From: Paraspadella gotoi
Taxonomy: Eukaryota; Animalia; Chaetognatha
Assembly: GCA_051294375.1 (NCBI GenBank)
Contig: CM119268.1
Span: 20,430,148 to 20,494,147 of the forward strand
Direction: 5' to 3'
DNA: 64,000 nt
Part shown: in pieces, positions 52,301 to 64,000 of the stretch
Layout: each line of letters opens with the position of its first letter
Position numbering within the stretch: position 1 is the first letter of the stretch
The notes under the pieces: model-generated
Seen by the model: the letters and a program-made list of their open reading frames with translations, nothing else
The model's database searches: none
Told to the model about the DNA's origin: nothing
Made by a program: the position numbers and the translations under genes

Positions 52301-53066
52301 AATAGAAACGACAGAGAGAAGAGAAGAGCGATATCACCTTAATAAGAACCACTCAAATAGCAAAAATATAATCCTGTAGCGGCGGCGCGGTTTCCACGTC
52401 GCATCACGAACAGTACGAAGGACAGCCTTCATCACCAATTTTAATCTTTAATATTGTTAATTCGCTCATCATAAATCTCTACGCGGCGTTCCCCTAAAAA
52501 ATCATAACCAGATGAGAGGAGTGGGAGAGAGAGAGAGAGAGAGCAGAGAGAGAGAGAGAGAGAGAGAGAGAAGACGAGAGAGAGAGAGAAAGAACTAGTA
52601 AGCTTTCACAATTGACTTTAATTGAATGTGCCATATGCTATTTCTGTCGTGAGTCTTCGATTATTCTTTCGATGTGAAAATTTAAAGTTTGAAAACTTGG
52701 GTCGTTGACGTAAGAAAGAGAAAAAAGGGTTAGGAAAAAGAAAAGGAAGGAAAGGAAAAAAGGAGAAAATGGAAAAAGAAGAAAAGGATCTAGGAAAAGA
52801 AAAAGGGAAATTGATAGAACAAAAAAAAGAGAAAGTTCTAAGCAAAAAATTTAAGGACTTTTCTTTGGTTATTTAATTCCTTTCTTTTTCGTTTCTTCAG
52901 GTTTTCGTAAACCGAACCAAACATGTCCGTTCATCATTAAAATAACATTTGTGCTGAATCACAATTTAAAACCTTTCTCTTAGGAACGTTTTCTTGAAAT
53001 TAAATCCGGCGGGGCAACATAAAAATTATTGAAAAAAGAGGAATTAGGTCCAATGTGAAAGAAAAG

Positions 53067-53138
<72 letters not shown>

Positions 53139-56100
53139 CTCTCATGCGAGGAGATTTCCCGGGTCAAATAATACATTACCTAAATTCTTTATTAGTGTTG
53201 TTTTATTTACGTTTTTGTTTTAGAACCGACCTACCTTCCTTATGACTTAGAATTCGGCGTTCCAATTGGTCAACGGTCTTGCCCCGTCAATGCTGAATTG
53301 GTCCGATTTGTGACCTTTACGTCGGCTGCAGCTACTCGTTTGAAGCGGCTCTGATCCGGGAAGAATTTCCCATCAGAACATGGAGAGAAAAAAAGATGTG
53401 GCTGCGTATAAGGTGATGAAAAAGGAATGAGTGAGTGAAGAGAGTTGAGTCAGTGAAAGCCGTCAGTGAGTTCCGTCAGTCAGGACGTTAGTGAGTGAAG
53501 TTGATAGACAGAAGAGGAGAAGAAGGAGAGAAGAAAGGAGAGAAGGAGAGAGAGAGAAGACCAGAAGGAAGAAAGAAGGAGAGAGAAAAGGGAGACAGAG
53601 AGAGAGAAAGGACAGGAGAGAAAAGAGAGACACAAGAGGAGAAAAAGAGAGAGTGGCGCAGAGAGATATAAACAACATCTAGGAACCAAAATTATCAATA
53701 TGTAATTTTTGAAATAGTCAACAAAACAAGACCTCTTTAGACCTTAAACTTACCTTACCCTAACTTACCTCACCGTAATCAACTTGCTCCTCCCTTTTCA
53801 GACTTCGTCTTCCTCTTCACGCCCCCCATCTTCCCCCCGTCCCCCATGGTAGGGTCTCCTCCGCCCCCTCCCCCCTTCCCCTCCTCGAGACGTGCTTTTC
53901 CATCACGGCGCCGATGGCCGACGCTCACGGGCGGCCGGTTCACGTCGGCGCCCCTGGCGTTATCGGCATCGAAGACGTGACGGCGCCGGATTTCGGTTTT
54001 TGACGCCGGATTTCGAAGACGGCGACGTTTCCGGTCTTTTGGCTTGTGGAATAACATGGAGACTTTTGATGACGGCGTTGAGTATGTCTGTGGGTTGTTG
54101 GCCTTTTGTTTGTTGTTGGAAGACTAAAAATGTCTGGTCTGTCCGTCGGCTGTCTGCGATTCATTTTGTTCATCACGATTACTATTTACAAGTAAGACAT
54201 TTCAGTGTTACCATTTTATCTGATCTCATGAAAAATTAAATTACAGTTTCTTGAAAAAAAAAAATTTTCATTGTTCAAAAAAATAAACTGATCAGCAGAC
54301 GCAGCCCCTGAGAAAAAAAAATAAATAAAAAACCCGATGTTGCCATAGCAAAATGATAACATGCAACGAATGCGATTGCCCTTATTTTACGAGTTCAATC
54401 CTAATTCAATTTTTTTTTAATAAAAACGCAGAGAATGAGAGAAAGAGAGAGAGAAAAAAAAAGAAAGAAATCAAAAGGCAGCAGCAGAAGCAGCTTGAGA
54501 AAAAGAGAGAAAAAAGAGAGAGCCCTGCCCAGAGCTGAAAATTTATATTTACAGCTTCTCATCATCGATGTCTTAAAATTGAGTCAGGACAGTTATTAAA
54601 TATGTTTTGTTTACGTTTTAATTCAAAACAAACAAATTTTCTCTCTTTATTTTTATTATTTCTTTCTCTCTCCTCTTTTCTTCTTTTAATTTATATGTCT
54701 CTCTCCCTCTCTCTTTTCCCTAGTCAGCTAGATTTCATCCAGGAAAAAAAACCGAGTCTTCACGGGGCTATCTTTTTCTCATCTTTTCTCCTGCTGGCTT
54801 ACTGCGCTGCCTTTTGAGTCTGTAGCTAGGCTTGCGGGCTCTCTATTTTTCTCCTGCTGCTTTCTTGCTGCTGCCTTTTTATTTCTTTCTTTTTTTCTCT
54901 CTCTCTCTCTTGCGTTTTTATGAAAAAAAAATTGATTAGGATTGAACTCATAAAATGTTAAAGCATCACATTCGTGGCATTGTTATCATTGCTTATTCAA
55001 CATCATGTTTTTTCCCTTTTTCTTCAGGGGCTGCTCTGCTGATCAGTTTATTTTTTGACAATTGAAATTTTTTTTCTTTTTTCCTTTTTTTTTCAGAAAT
55101 GTAATTTTAATTTTTCCTCGGTACTTTATTATTTTTTTTAATTGGAACAATCGCGCCAAAATAGAATTTTTCTTTCTGTTTATAAATTAATATTCTTTTC
55201 TCAAAATTCTTTCAAAATAGTATCAAAAGTTTGTCGTCAATCCAGATTTTCTTATGCGATTCGACGATTCCTTATGCTTTAAGATTTTTATTGCGAAGTT
55301 GTTGTTATTACACTTGACATTGTCGTTATCATTAATTTAACTGATATTTTGAATTTCATGAATAACTTTTTCTTTCAGGAAAATCTCCCATTCGCTTCAC
55401 CGATGACCTGATAATTCTGTTTTTGTGCGACGTCCTCGAGCAAGCAGCAAAGCGACCGGCAACAGCAGCAGCAGCCGCCGAAGCCACAGCTCCACCCGCG
55501 GCGTTCTTCCGCACTACAGCAATCCGCCTTCACTACAGCTCGCATGCTGAGTTTTGGAACTGGTCGTCGGATATTGAGGAGAAGATGGAGGAGGAGGAGG
55601 CAGGAGGAGGAGGAGGAGGAGGAGATAATAAGTAAGTTTGAAAAATGATTTATTTTAAAAATGTTTGACTTAATTAAGCTATTAAATGTTAACAATTTTT
55701 TTTAAGTTCTCGTAGGAAAGAGAAAAAATACGTGAACAAATTGTTGAAGGATGACGTCATAAAGGCGATGAGGAGGATTTCCACGCGAATTCGGCTGTGA
55801 ATGGTTTTGATCGTAGGTGAGAGTCACCAAGGAGGGAACTGTGGTTCACAGTGAATCGACGGTATCGATCGAACAAGCAACGAAAATTGTAGAAATCAAG
55901 AAGAAAATACAAATTTGATTTTCGAGTTTTTTAGTGGATTTCTTCTTCTTGAGAAGGGAGATATTAAAAAGAAAAGAAAAGGAAAAAAATTAAAATAAAT
56001 GTAAAAATATAAAACTTGTAATAACTTTATACATAAGAGAGAAGGGGTAGGAAAGAACGAGTGCATTTATATATTCATGCAAAGAGAAAAAAAAATGAAC

Positions 56101-56264
56101 AATGAAATTTCTTCTTCTTTATTCCGGAAATGAAGGAAGGAAACATAAGAGGGAAGAAATTGAAATTAACATGAATCAAGAGAAAGAGAAGAATAGAGAA
56201 GCGACTTAGAACTATTGAGACAGAGGAAATGAAGGAATACTGAGAAAAGAAGATAGAGTTGGGG

Positions 56265-56312
<48 letters not shown>

Positions 56313-56412
56313 CATGAGAGAGAGAGAGAGAGAGAGAGAGTGAGAAGAGAAATAGAAAAAAAGGGAGAGAGAGAGAGAAAAGAGAGAAAGAGAAGAGAGA
56401 GAGAGAGGAGAG

Positions 56413-56445
<33 letters not shown>

Positions 56446-56509
56446 TGTGAGAAGAGAAAAAGAAAGAAAAGGGAGAGAGAAGAGAGAAAGACGAGGAAAG
56501 AAGAGAGAT

Positions 56510-56540
<31 letters not shown>

Positions 56541-58805
56541 CTTTGACGATTTGAAGATGGAAACTTTTATATTCTAATGGCATTTCTAATCTCTGGCTTT
56601 TTAAAGGTTTAAGTACTTGTATTGCTAATAATTGAAAAATTTTGTGATTTTAAAATTCTAAATTTGGGGAATTTTGACCTCAGAAGACTTGGCTCGTCGC
56701 ATCGATTTCTTGCCATCTTTAATTCGTTGAATTTCCTGAAGAGGACGGGAAAATCAGATCCAAATTTCTCCGGGGAACAAACAAAAGATCAAAATTTTTG
56801 ATCTTGAATTTCAGATCGGTGATCGAAGCGAAGAACCAAGAATATACGGATGGGAATAGTATCCATTTTTGGTTTATGTTAAAACTTTTGTTAATTTAAA
56901 TAAATTGACGAAAAAATAGATCCAAACATAATGACAAAAACCTAAAATGATAAAAACTTTTTATTTTTGGGAAATTTGCTTTTTCAGTCTCGAAACTTTG
57001 AAGGTCAAAGATCGGAATGGAGCAAAAGGCTTGACGAACACGAGAGAGTAATAAGTAGGTTTATTTAATTAATATTTATAATATTATCTAAAAGAGCTTA
57101 AATTACGGCAATAAATTGTGTTCATCTCACCTGGAACAGGTTACCGGCTAAGCTACCGTCCTAAAAGTTCATTGTGAATAAGGCGCTACAGTGGGGGCTG
57201 AAGAGTTACTATCCGCAACTTCTTAAACCCCTCTAGCAGGCCATTGGAACTCGGGTCGGCCTTGTAAACCAGGCTTGAGGGTTTGCCCACTCCCCCAAAG
57301 GCGGCTTACGCGCCTCCTCCACGCTTCCCGGGTAGACGCGGCTAGGTACCGGGTCGATTGGGATTTGAACCCGTACCAGTGGTCATGAGCTTTACTCAAT
57401 GAGCCACCGGTCACAATTGAGGTGTCATGCTTATAGCCGGGTGGAACTTAGGCAATGCGCCGACTACACATAACTTATAACTATGTAGTTTTAAGGGTTC
57501 GGGAATAAGGTTTAGAGATTGGATTAAAAATTAGGATTTTTGCTCACCTCTTTTTTTAAAAATCCGACTTTTTATCTTTTTGTTGACCAAAATCTTACCT
57601 TCCTTTTTATAACAGGACCTGACTCGTCCGATGCGATTGTCCTCATCATCGCCTTCAGATCTTTGATCTCCTCCGATCTTCCGAGGAGATACGCGAGGAG
57701 AGGGGTTGGGATTCAGATGCCGCGCCCAGCCTTACTGGCTCAAAAAGAGGTGGGTAGGTCTTAGTCTGGCTAATGAATTGAAGGAAGTTAAAAAAACAAT
57801 GGAGGACATTATATAATTATATTTTAATATATTGTTCCAATGTCAATGAAAAAATATTATGTAAACGTTTTTTCACAATTAAAAATAACGGCTTTTATAA
57901 GTAGGAATAGTCGTGCCGCAACTCTCTTCTCTCTCCTCTCTCCTCTCTCTCTCTCTCTCTCTTCTCTCTCTCGTCTCCTTTCTCTCTCTCTCTCCTCTCT
58001 TCTCATCCTCTCCAACAAAATCTAGCAGTAGACGCGAGAAAACCCTTTGCATCTTCAAGTTTTCACCAGGACTTTAAATTGTCCCAATTCAAGCGACTTC
58101 TTCCCTTTCGTGACGAATCGCGGATGTTTGTCAAGCAGCGCGGACAAATCTAGTTTCGAGAGAGATTTAATTTTTAAAAAGCTTTTATCTTTGGGAAGAA
58201 AGTCTTTTTACGATCGTGAATTTTGATGGGTGTGATTTCGTAATTTCGTTGATTTTGATAGATAAGGCCATTTCTCTTCACGTGAAAAGCCGATGAGAGA
58301 GTGTTGAGGATTTAATGTCTTTGGAGCCCGACAAAGTCCTTAGGTTTCTACCGCTGTTGACGTCCGAGCAGTTAAGTTGTAAGGGAGCTTCCTGACAGCC
58401 TGAAGCAAGTGCTGCCGCTATGCCCCCTAGGCCTTGCTGCTCTCCCGTATTGAACCCTTTATCCAATTTCATAACAATACTAATCTCCTGTCATAACTAT
58501 GTTACGTTTCTCCTGCGGCTGGAATTTTAGAAAGTTTATTTTTGAAAGGAACTTTGCTGTGTTATATAGTGATGGGGGGCAGGGCTGGGATGCGGCCAGG
58601 GGCGTAAGTAGTGGGGCGGAAAGGTTAGGTAGTTAAATGGATTCGGGCGGTGAGGGAAAAGCGGGACCGAGAAGGACTCGAGTCAAAGTTCTTTGGAAAA
58701 TCGTTTTTATAACTTAGTTCCCTAAAACCAACGCCAGTTTTAAGCCTTGTTTGCCAAACACGAGGCTTTAGACCTGACGAGGCAAAGCGAAAATTAAAGA
58801 ATGAT
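49320..58805 (+). other. Indel-rich duplicate of 16645-29825: DGLUCY copy 2 exons 2-9 in correct order, family B element 49320-49794, solo LTR 57173-57468
   Basis: Colinear identity including introns and inserted elements; differences are mostly 1-2-bp indels typical of unpolished long reads. Confidence 0.85.
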
Positions 58806-61800
58806 ATGGGGAGGGCCTGACGAGAAGGAGAGAGAGTAGAGATGAGAGAGAGAGAGGAGAGAGAGAGAGAAGAGAGAGATGAAGAGAAGAGAGAGAGAGT
58901 GTTGAGTGTGTGAAAATGATGATGGAAGATTAAACAAGAGAGAGAAGATTTAATAAGTGATCAGAAAAAGAGAGAGAGAGAAGAAGACAGACGGGTCCCG
59001 CGCGAAAAAAGTGAAATTAGAGACAGACGCATCATTCCTCAGGGACGATTTTTTTTTTAGGTGAACCAATCAGCGCTTTCGCTCCGATGTGTCAGGACTC
59101 GACGACGACCAACCGACATATATGACAACGGCGACAACGAACAACGCGACAACAACAACGACAACACGACGACAGGCGATAAGACAACGGCGAACGATGA
59201 CAACGAAACAACAACGACAACACGACGTCCGAAGAACGAAATATCAATTCTCGCAAAATTATGAAGATATTGTGTGAAAAATTCATGGAAAAAGAAATGG
59301 AACGAAATGTAAAGAATTATTTTCAAATGTAGAAATTGTGATTGTAAGAATGTGACGTCTCTTGGTTTAATACAATTACATTTTATTCCTTGGAATATAA
59401 TAAATCAATAAAAAAAATGATTTGGCCGAAAAAATTATTTTAGTATAAAATTATGTAAATTTTTTCATTTTGATTTTAATTTATTTAATTTCTGTCTTCG
59501 TCTCTCTTCAAAACAATGAAATCTATCTATTGATATGGGTTATAGTCTCAGCGTAGAGCCGGATCGAGCGCTTATTCAAGATCCCCCCCCTGCGTTGACT
59601 CCCGCCCCCCCGCTTCCTTCCTTTCAGTCCTTTAATTCTCATTTGAAGATTTTTCTTTCCATTTACAGTTTAAGTCTGTGTATATCATTTTATCTTTATT
59701 TTTAAATATAGTTTTTTGGTCATTTCTCTTCTTTTCTGATGGTTCTAATTTTCGTCGTCGGTTTTGAGTCGTCGTTGTGTCGTCGTCCGTTAAATTTCTC
59801 GACGATTCGAACAAAAGATTCAATGATAGCGGTAACCCACTCATGGAGCTGCAATGCAAAACTTAGAATGATTATATGCTCAAACGAAATTTTACATTTT
59901 TAAGTATACTGTTCAGATGGACAAACATTTTTTAGTGCTCATAACCCAAAGTAATTAATTTTTTATTATTTATAAATAGGGAAAGGCCCAAATTTTTTGA
60001 TAAATTTTAAATTTTTAAGACCAATTCAGATAGCTTCATAAAAAGTTGTCTACACAAGTCATAATCTTTTTAAAATATTATTTCATGATAAGTGAAGTCA
60101 AAATAAGAAAACCCGATAAAAAAATCATCATTCATTTCCATCATTCTTTTCGAAGCATTTTATCAGTTTTTTTATTTTTTCACATAGAGAAACCGTAAAG
60201 AATTTAAAAAGCCTGTAATTATAATTCTTAATTTAACTTTAATGCTTCTATTCAGAATCCATCAAAAAACTTTTAAGATTTCTAAAAAAATTTTTATAAT
60301 ATTTAAAAAAGACATGAATATTTAATGTATTAATCAAGACGTTATAATATAAATTTTTTTTTGGAGATGTTAAATATTTATTCAAGACAACTAAAACTGC
60401 AATAGTTCGAAATTATATATCGTCGGAGTAGGTCCCTATCATGAGAAAGTCTACCTCACGGGTTCTCTTGCTAACTTTCGTAACCTGTCCCTTAGGCCAC
60501 CCACTTCACGGGCTTACTGCACTGTTACCCACTCAGGCTACCCACCACTGCCTTACCCACCGTTCACGCCTTACCCACTAGGACTTACTCCTCACGCCCT
60601 ACTCACGCCTGCACACTTTCACGCCCCACGTGCCAATGCCTTAGTCACTTCACGGGCCTTACCCACTGACCACTGCCTTACCCACTTCACGGCACCCACT
60701 GCACTGCCACCCTCACGTTCCATCTGCACGTCTTTCGCACTCAACCTTCACGATGTCTACCCCCCTTACCCTGCATGTACATTCGCTCCCACTGCCTTAC
60801 CCACTTCCACGGCCTTAGCCCCAGCCTCACTACGGCCTTACATGATGCCACCACTCACGCCTTCACTGCACTCTTTACCACTCGCTTCACTGAGGCCTTA
60901 CCCACTTCACCTGCAAGCTCATCACTAGCCTACCCCAGCTACCACTACGCTACCACTGCCGCCTTACCCACTTTCACGGCCTTACCCACTTGCACTTGCC
61001 TTACCAGCTTCACGGCCTTACCCACTTTGCACTGCCTTACTCACTTCACGCCACCCACTGCCAACTCGCTTACCCACTTCACGGCACTTACCCACTCACT
61101 GCCTTACTCACTTCACGCCTTACCCTCCCTAATTCCCATCAGACTCTAACTTATCCATCAACGCAGATGGCGACATTGAATCTCGCTCATCATGACGATT
61201 CGACGCTTGACCCTCACCCTCTCACCTTCAAACCTCTCACCTTCTCACCTCCACCTTCTCACCTCATCACCTTTCTGTTTTGCCTCTCTCACCACCCCTT
61301 TCCCGTTTTGTTCATCCACTTTTGTTTCGGTCCTGTCATTTTTTTTTTTCGCTAATTTACAAAACAATTTACAAACAATAAAAAGCTAGGTAAAGTATAG
61401 CATCAAAGACAACATTGACAATGTAAAATGTAATGAGTAATAAAAGAAATTAGTAGCTAATTAATAAATTAATATTCGATAATTGATTCATCAATTTAAG
61501 CAGCGCGTTTGTCTTTAAATCTCACGTCCCTCCTTATTTTAAAACTTTTTAAAGTTGTCTTTAAAAAATTCCTCCAAAATGAAATTCCGTTTTTTTTTTT
61601 CGAATCTCGCTGTACCATTCGCAGCTTTACTCTGACCTTTTGCCCCGTCTTTGCCAATGTCATCGCCCTCAAACCCGACGTTTTTCACTTTCCGATCATC
61701 ATGACCGCTTCTCGCCTCTTTCTCCCTTTACCCTTGGCGCTCACCTTCCTGATACCACGACTCCTTCAGCCGCTTTATCCCTTCCCATCGCAACCCGTGA

Positions 61801-64000
61801 CCTTTGACCCCGCATAACCGGACATCGCGAAATCGAACTCAAAGATTAAAGAAAAAATTCGAACCTCACCTCGATGAACTTCACTTACCACCCAGCCCTT
61901 CCATTCCTCCCCCCACTATCCTTACCCTCTAGAAGCTTCACTTACACCAGCCCATCCATCCTCCCCCAATATTCTAACCCTCTAGAAGTCTTCACTTACC
62001 ACCGCCCTCCATTCCTCCCCCCAATTCCTTACCCTCGTAGAGCTTCATTACCAGTCCCCATTTCTCCCCACCTCCATATCCTACCCTCTAGAAGCTTCAC
62101 TTACCACCAGCCCTCCATTCCTCCCCCGCCATTCCTACCTCTGAGACTACATTACCACCAGCCCCCATCCTCCCCCCAATATTCCACCCTCTGAACTTCA
62201 CCTAACCACCAGCCTCCTCCATTCCTCCCCCCATATCTTTACCCTCTAAAGTTCAGCTACCACCAGCTCCCTCCATTCCTCCCCCCACATTCCTACCTCT
62301 AGAAGCTTCATTNNNNNNNNNNNNNNNNNNNNNNNNNTACCACCAGTCCCCCATTCCTCCCCCCCACTTTTCCTTCCTGCTATTTTCCTTACGCTCTCTT
62401 TCCTACCTTCTTCTCTTCTTTGTTGGAATTTGCGGCCATATTTTCCAAAAAGCGTTCAACTTCAGCTTAAATTGAGGATTAAATCGGTTTTAAGGTTAAA
62501 AGATTATGTTATATCTTAGGATTTGGGATTAAGTTAAGGATTAGCTTAGGCATTAAGGTTAAAGATTAAGAAAAAGATTTTGTGACATTATAAAAATTCT
62601 TTTTTTCTTTGTATTTTGAAATAAGTTTGAGATAAAGACGAAGTCTTTTTACAACAACGGCAATTTTTATTAGCCTACATTTTTCTGCTTTGATAATTGA
62701 ACAGATTTGGTTTACCAAAATAGGCTCATAATCAGAGATGTGGACGCGATCCGGAAAGCGTAAGCGAACACTGTGGAAGCGGCCGATTTTTGAAGAACCC
62801 GAAACCGGGAGCTATAGAAAAATTGAAAATTAAGGATTGAACCCGGAAGCTATAATCCTGCGTGTTTGCTTCCTGATCATTTATTTTTAATTATTAGAAA
62901 TGAAAGGCATTTAATGTATTGAAATTTTTTCAACCCCCTGCTCTTTCTTGATTTTTCTTTTTTTAAATTTTTTTCAACATTTATTTTCAACATTTAAAAT
63001 TGTTTGCTCTTAATTTTTTTTATTCACTTTTTCTTATACTTTTCTTTTATTTTTTGGTTTTCTTTCATTCTCTCTTCCTCTTTGGTCGAGAATCTTTTAA
63101 AAAAATTACTTCTTTTTTTAAAAATTATTCTTATTAATATATTGAAATAAAATCTGAGTGGAACAAAAAAAAACAACTTTAATTATAAGTTAAATTAAAC
63201 TTTTTTTGTTCTATAAAACTAAAAAATTTATTTCTTATATTTTTTTTGTTTTTCTTTAAATTTAAAAGNNNNNNNNNNNNNNNNNNNNNNNNNNNNNNNN
63301 NNNNNNNNNNNNNNNNNNNNNNNNNNNNNNNNNNNNNNNNNNNNNNNNNNNNNNNNNNNNNNNNNNNNNNNNNNNNNNNNNNNNNNNNNNNNNNNNNNNN
63401 NNNNNNNNNNNNNNNNNNNNNNNNNNNNNNNNNNNNNNNNNNNNNNNNNNNNNNNNNNNNNNNNNNNNNNNNNNNNNNNNNNNNNTTATACATACTTATA
63501 TCTCTAACACACTCTCTCTCTCTCTTTCTATCTTCTTTCTTTATTTCCCCTCTCGCACTGAACAAAAAAGTAAATAAAAAAATATATATAACATAAATAA
63601 ATTAAAATTATTAATAAACAATTTGAGCAAACAATGCCGGATCTGCCCACGATCATTAGCGGTAATTAATTAATTAATTAATTAGTTGAAAAATAATAAA
63701 TTATTTAATTAATTACACATTGATTAATTAAAAGAATAACATCAAACATTTGGGAGCTCAAATGATTTGAACAAAGATGACGACGACGACAAATACAATA
63801 ACGAAGACGACGACAAAGTCTTTGTACTTTGTGACTCGTAGTGGTCAATAAGAATGACCTGTTTTTACCCAAACATAAATGACCTTGTTATGGCTGACCT
63901 TTTTCTCAGCCAATGTAAATTGTTGTTGTTATTACTTTTATCATTTTTGCTCTTTTACCGTTTTTGATAATACACGTTTTTTCTTTATCACAAAAAACAC

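Noticed and set aside
49320-58805. Third real DGLUCY paralogue or pseudogene
   Set aside because: Colinear with copy 2 including introns and insertions, differing mainly by random indels; likely a read or haplotype duplicate.

Overview
AT-rich, microsatellite-rich eukaryotic (probably invertebrate animal) scaffold, poorly polished from about 22 kb onward, with many indels, N gaps and inverted or direct re-copies. Genes: two diverged tandem D-glutamate cyclase (DGLUCY/DUF1445) paralogues on +, a third copy that is probably artefactual, a SEPT2-group septin on -, and a myosin heavy-chain motor domain on + arranged head-to-head with the septin. Main finding: two distinct families of ~0.65-0.7 kb non-autonomous LTR elements (TRIM-like) with the same PBS (TGGTGAGCCCA), a PPT and an ATAT target-site duplication. 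Each LTR carries a tRNA-like Pol III module followed immediately by a circularly permuted (P5-type) twister ribozyme motif. The pseudoknot covaries between the families, and P1 is reduced to a self-complementary 6-mer. This looks like a 'twister retrozyme' system predicted to excise ~406-416 nt monomers that could circularise, possibly through dimeric ribozymes. Also present: a longer LTR+PBS copy that may be the autonomous partner, a candidate third solo LTR, DINE-1/HINE-like elements, a polymorphic hAT-like MITE, foldbacks and satellites. All calls are by eye; no database searches were run.
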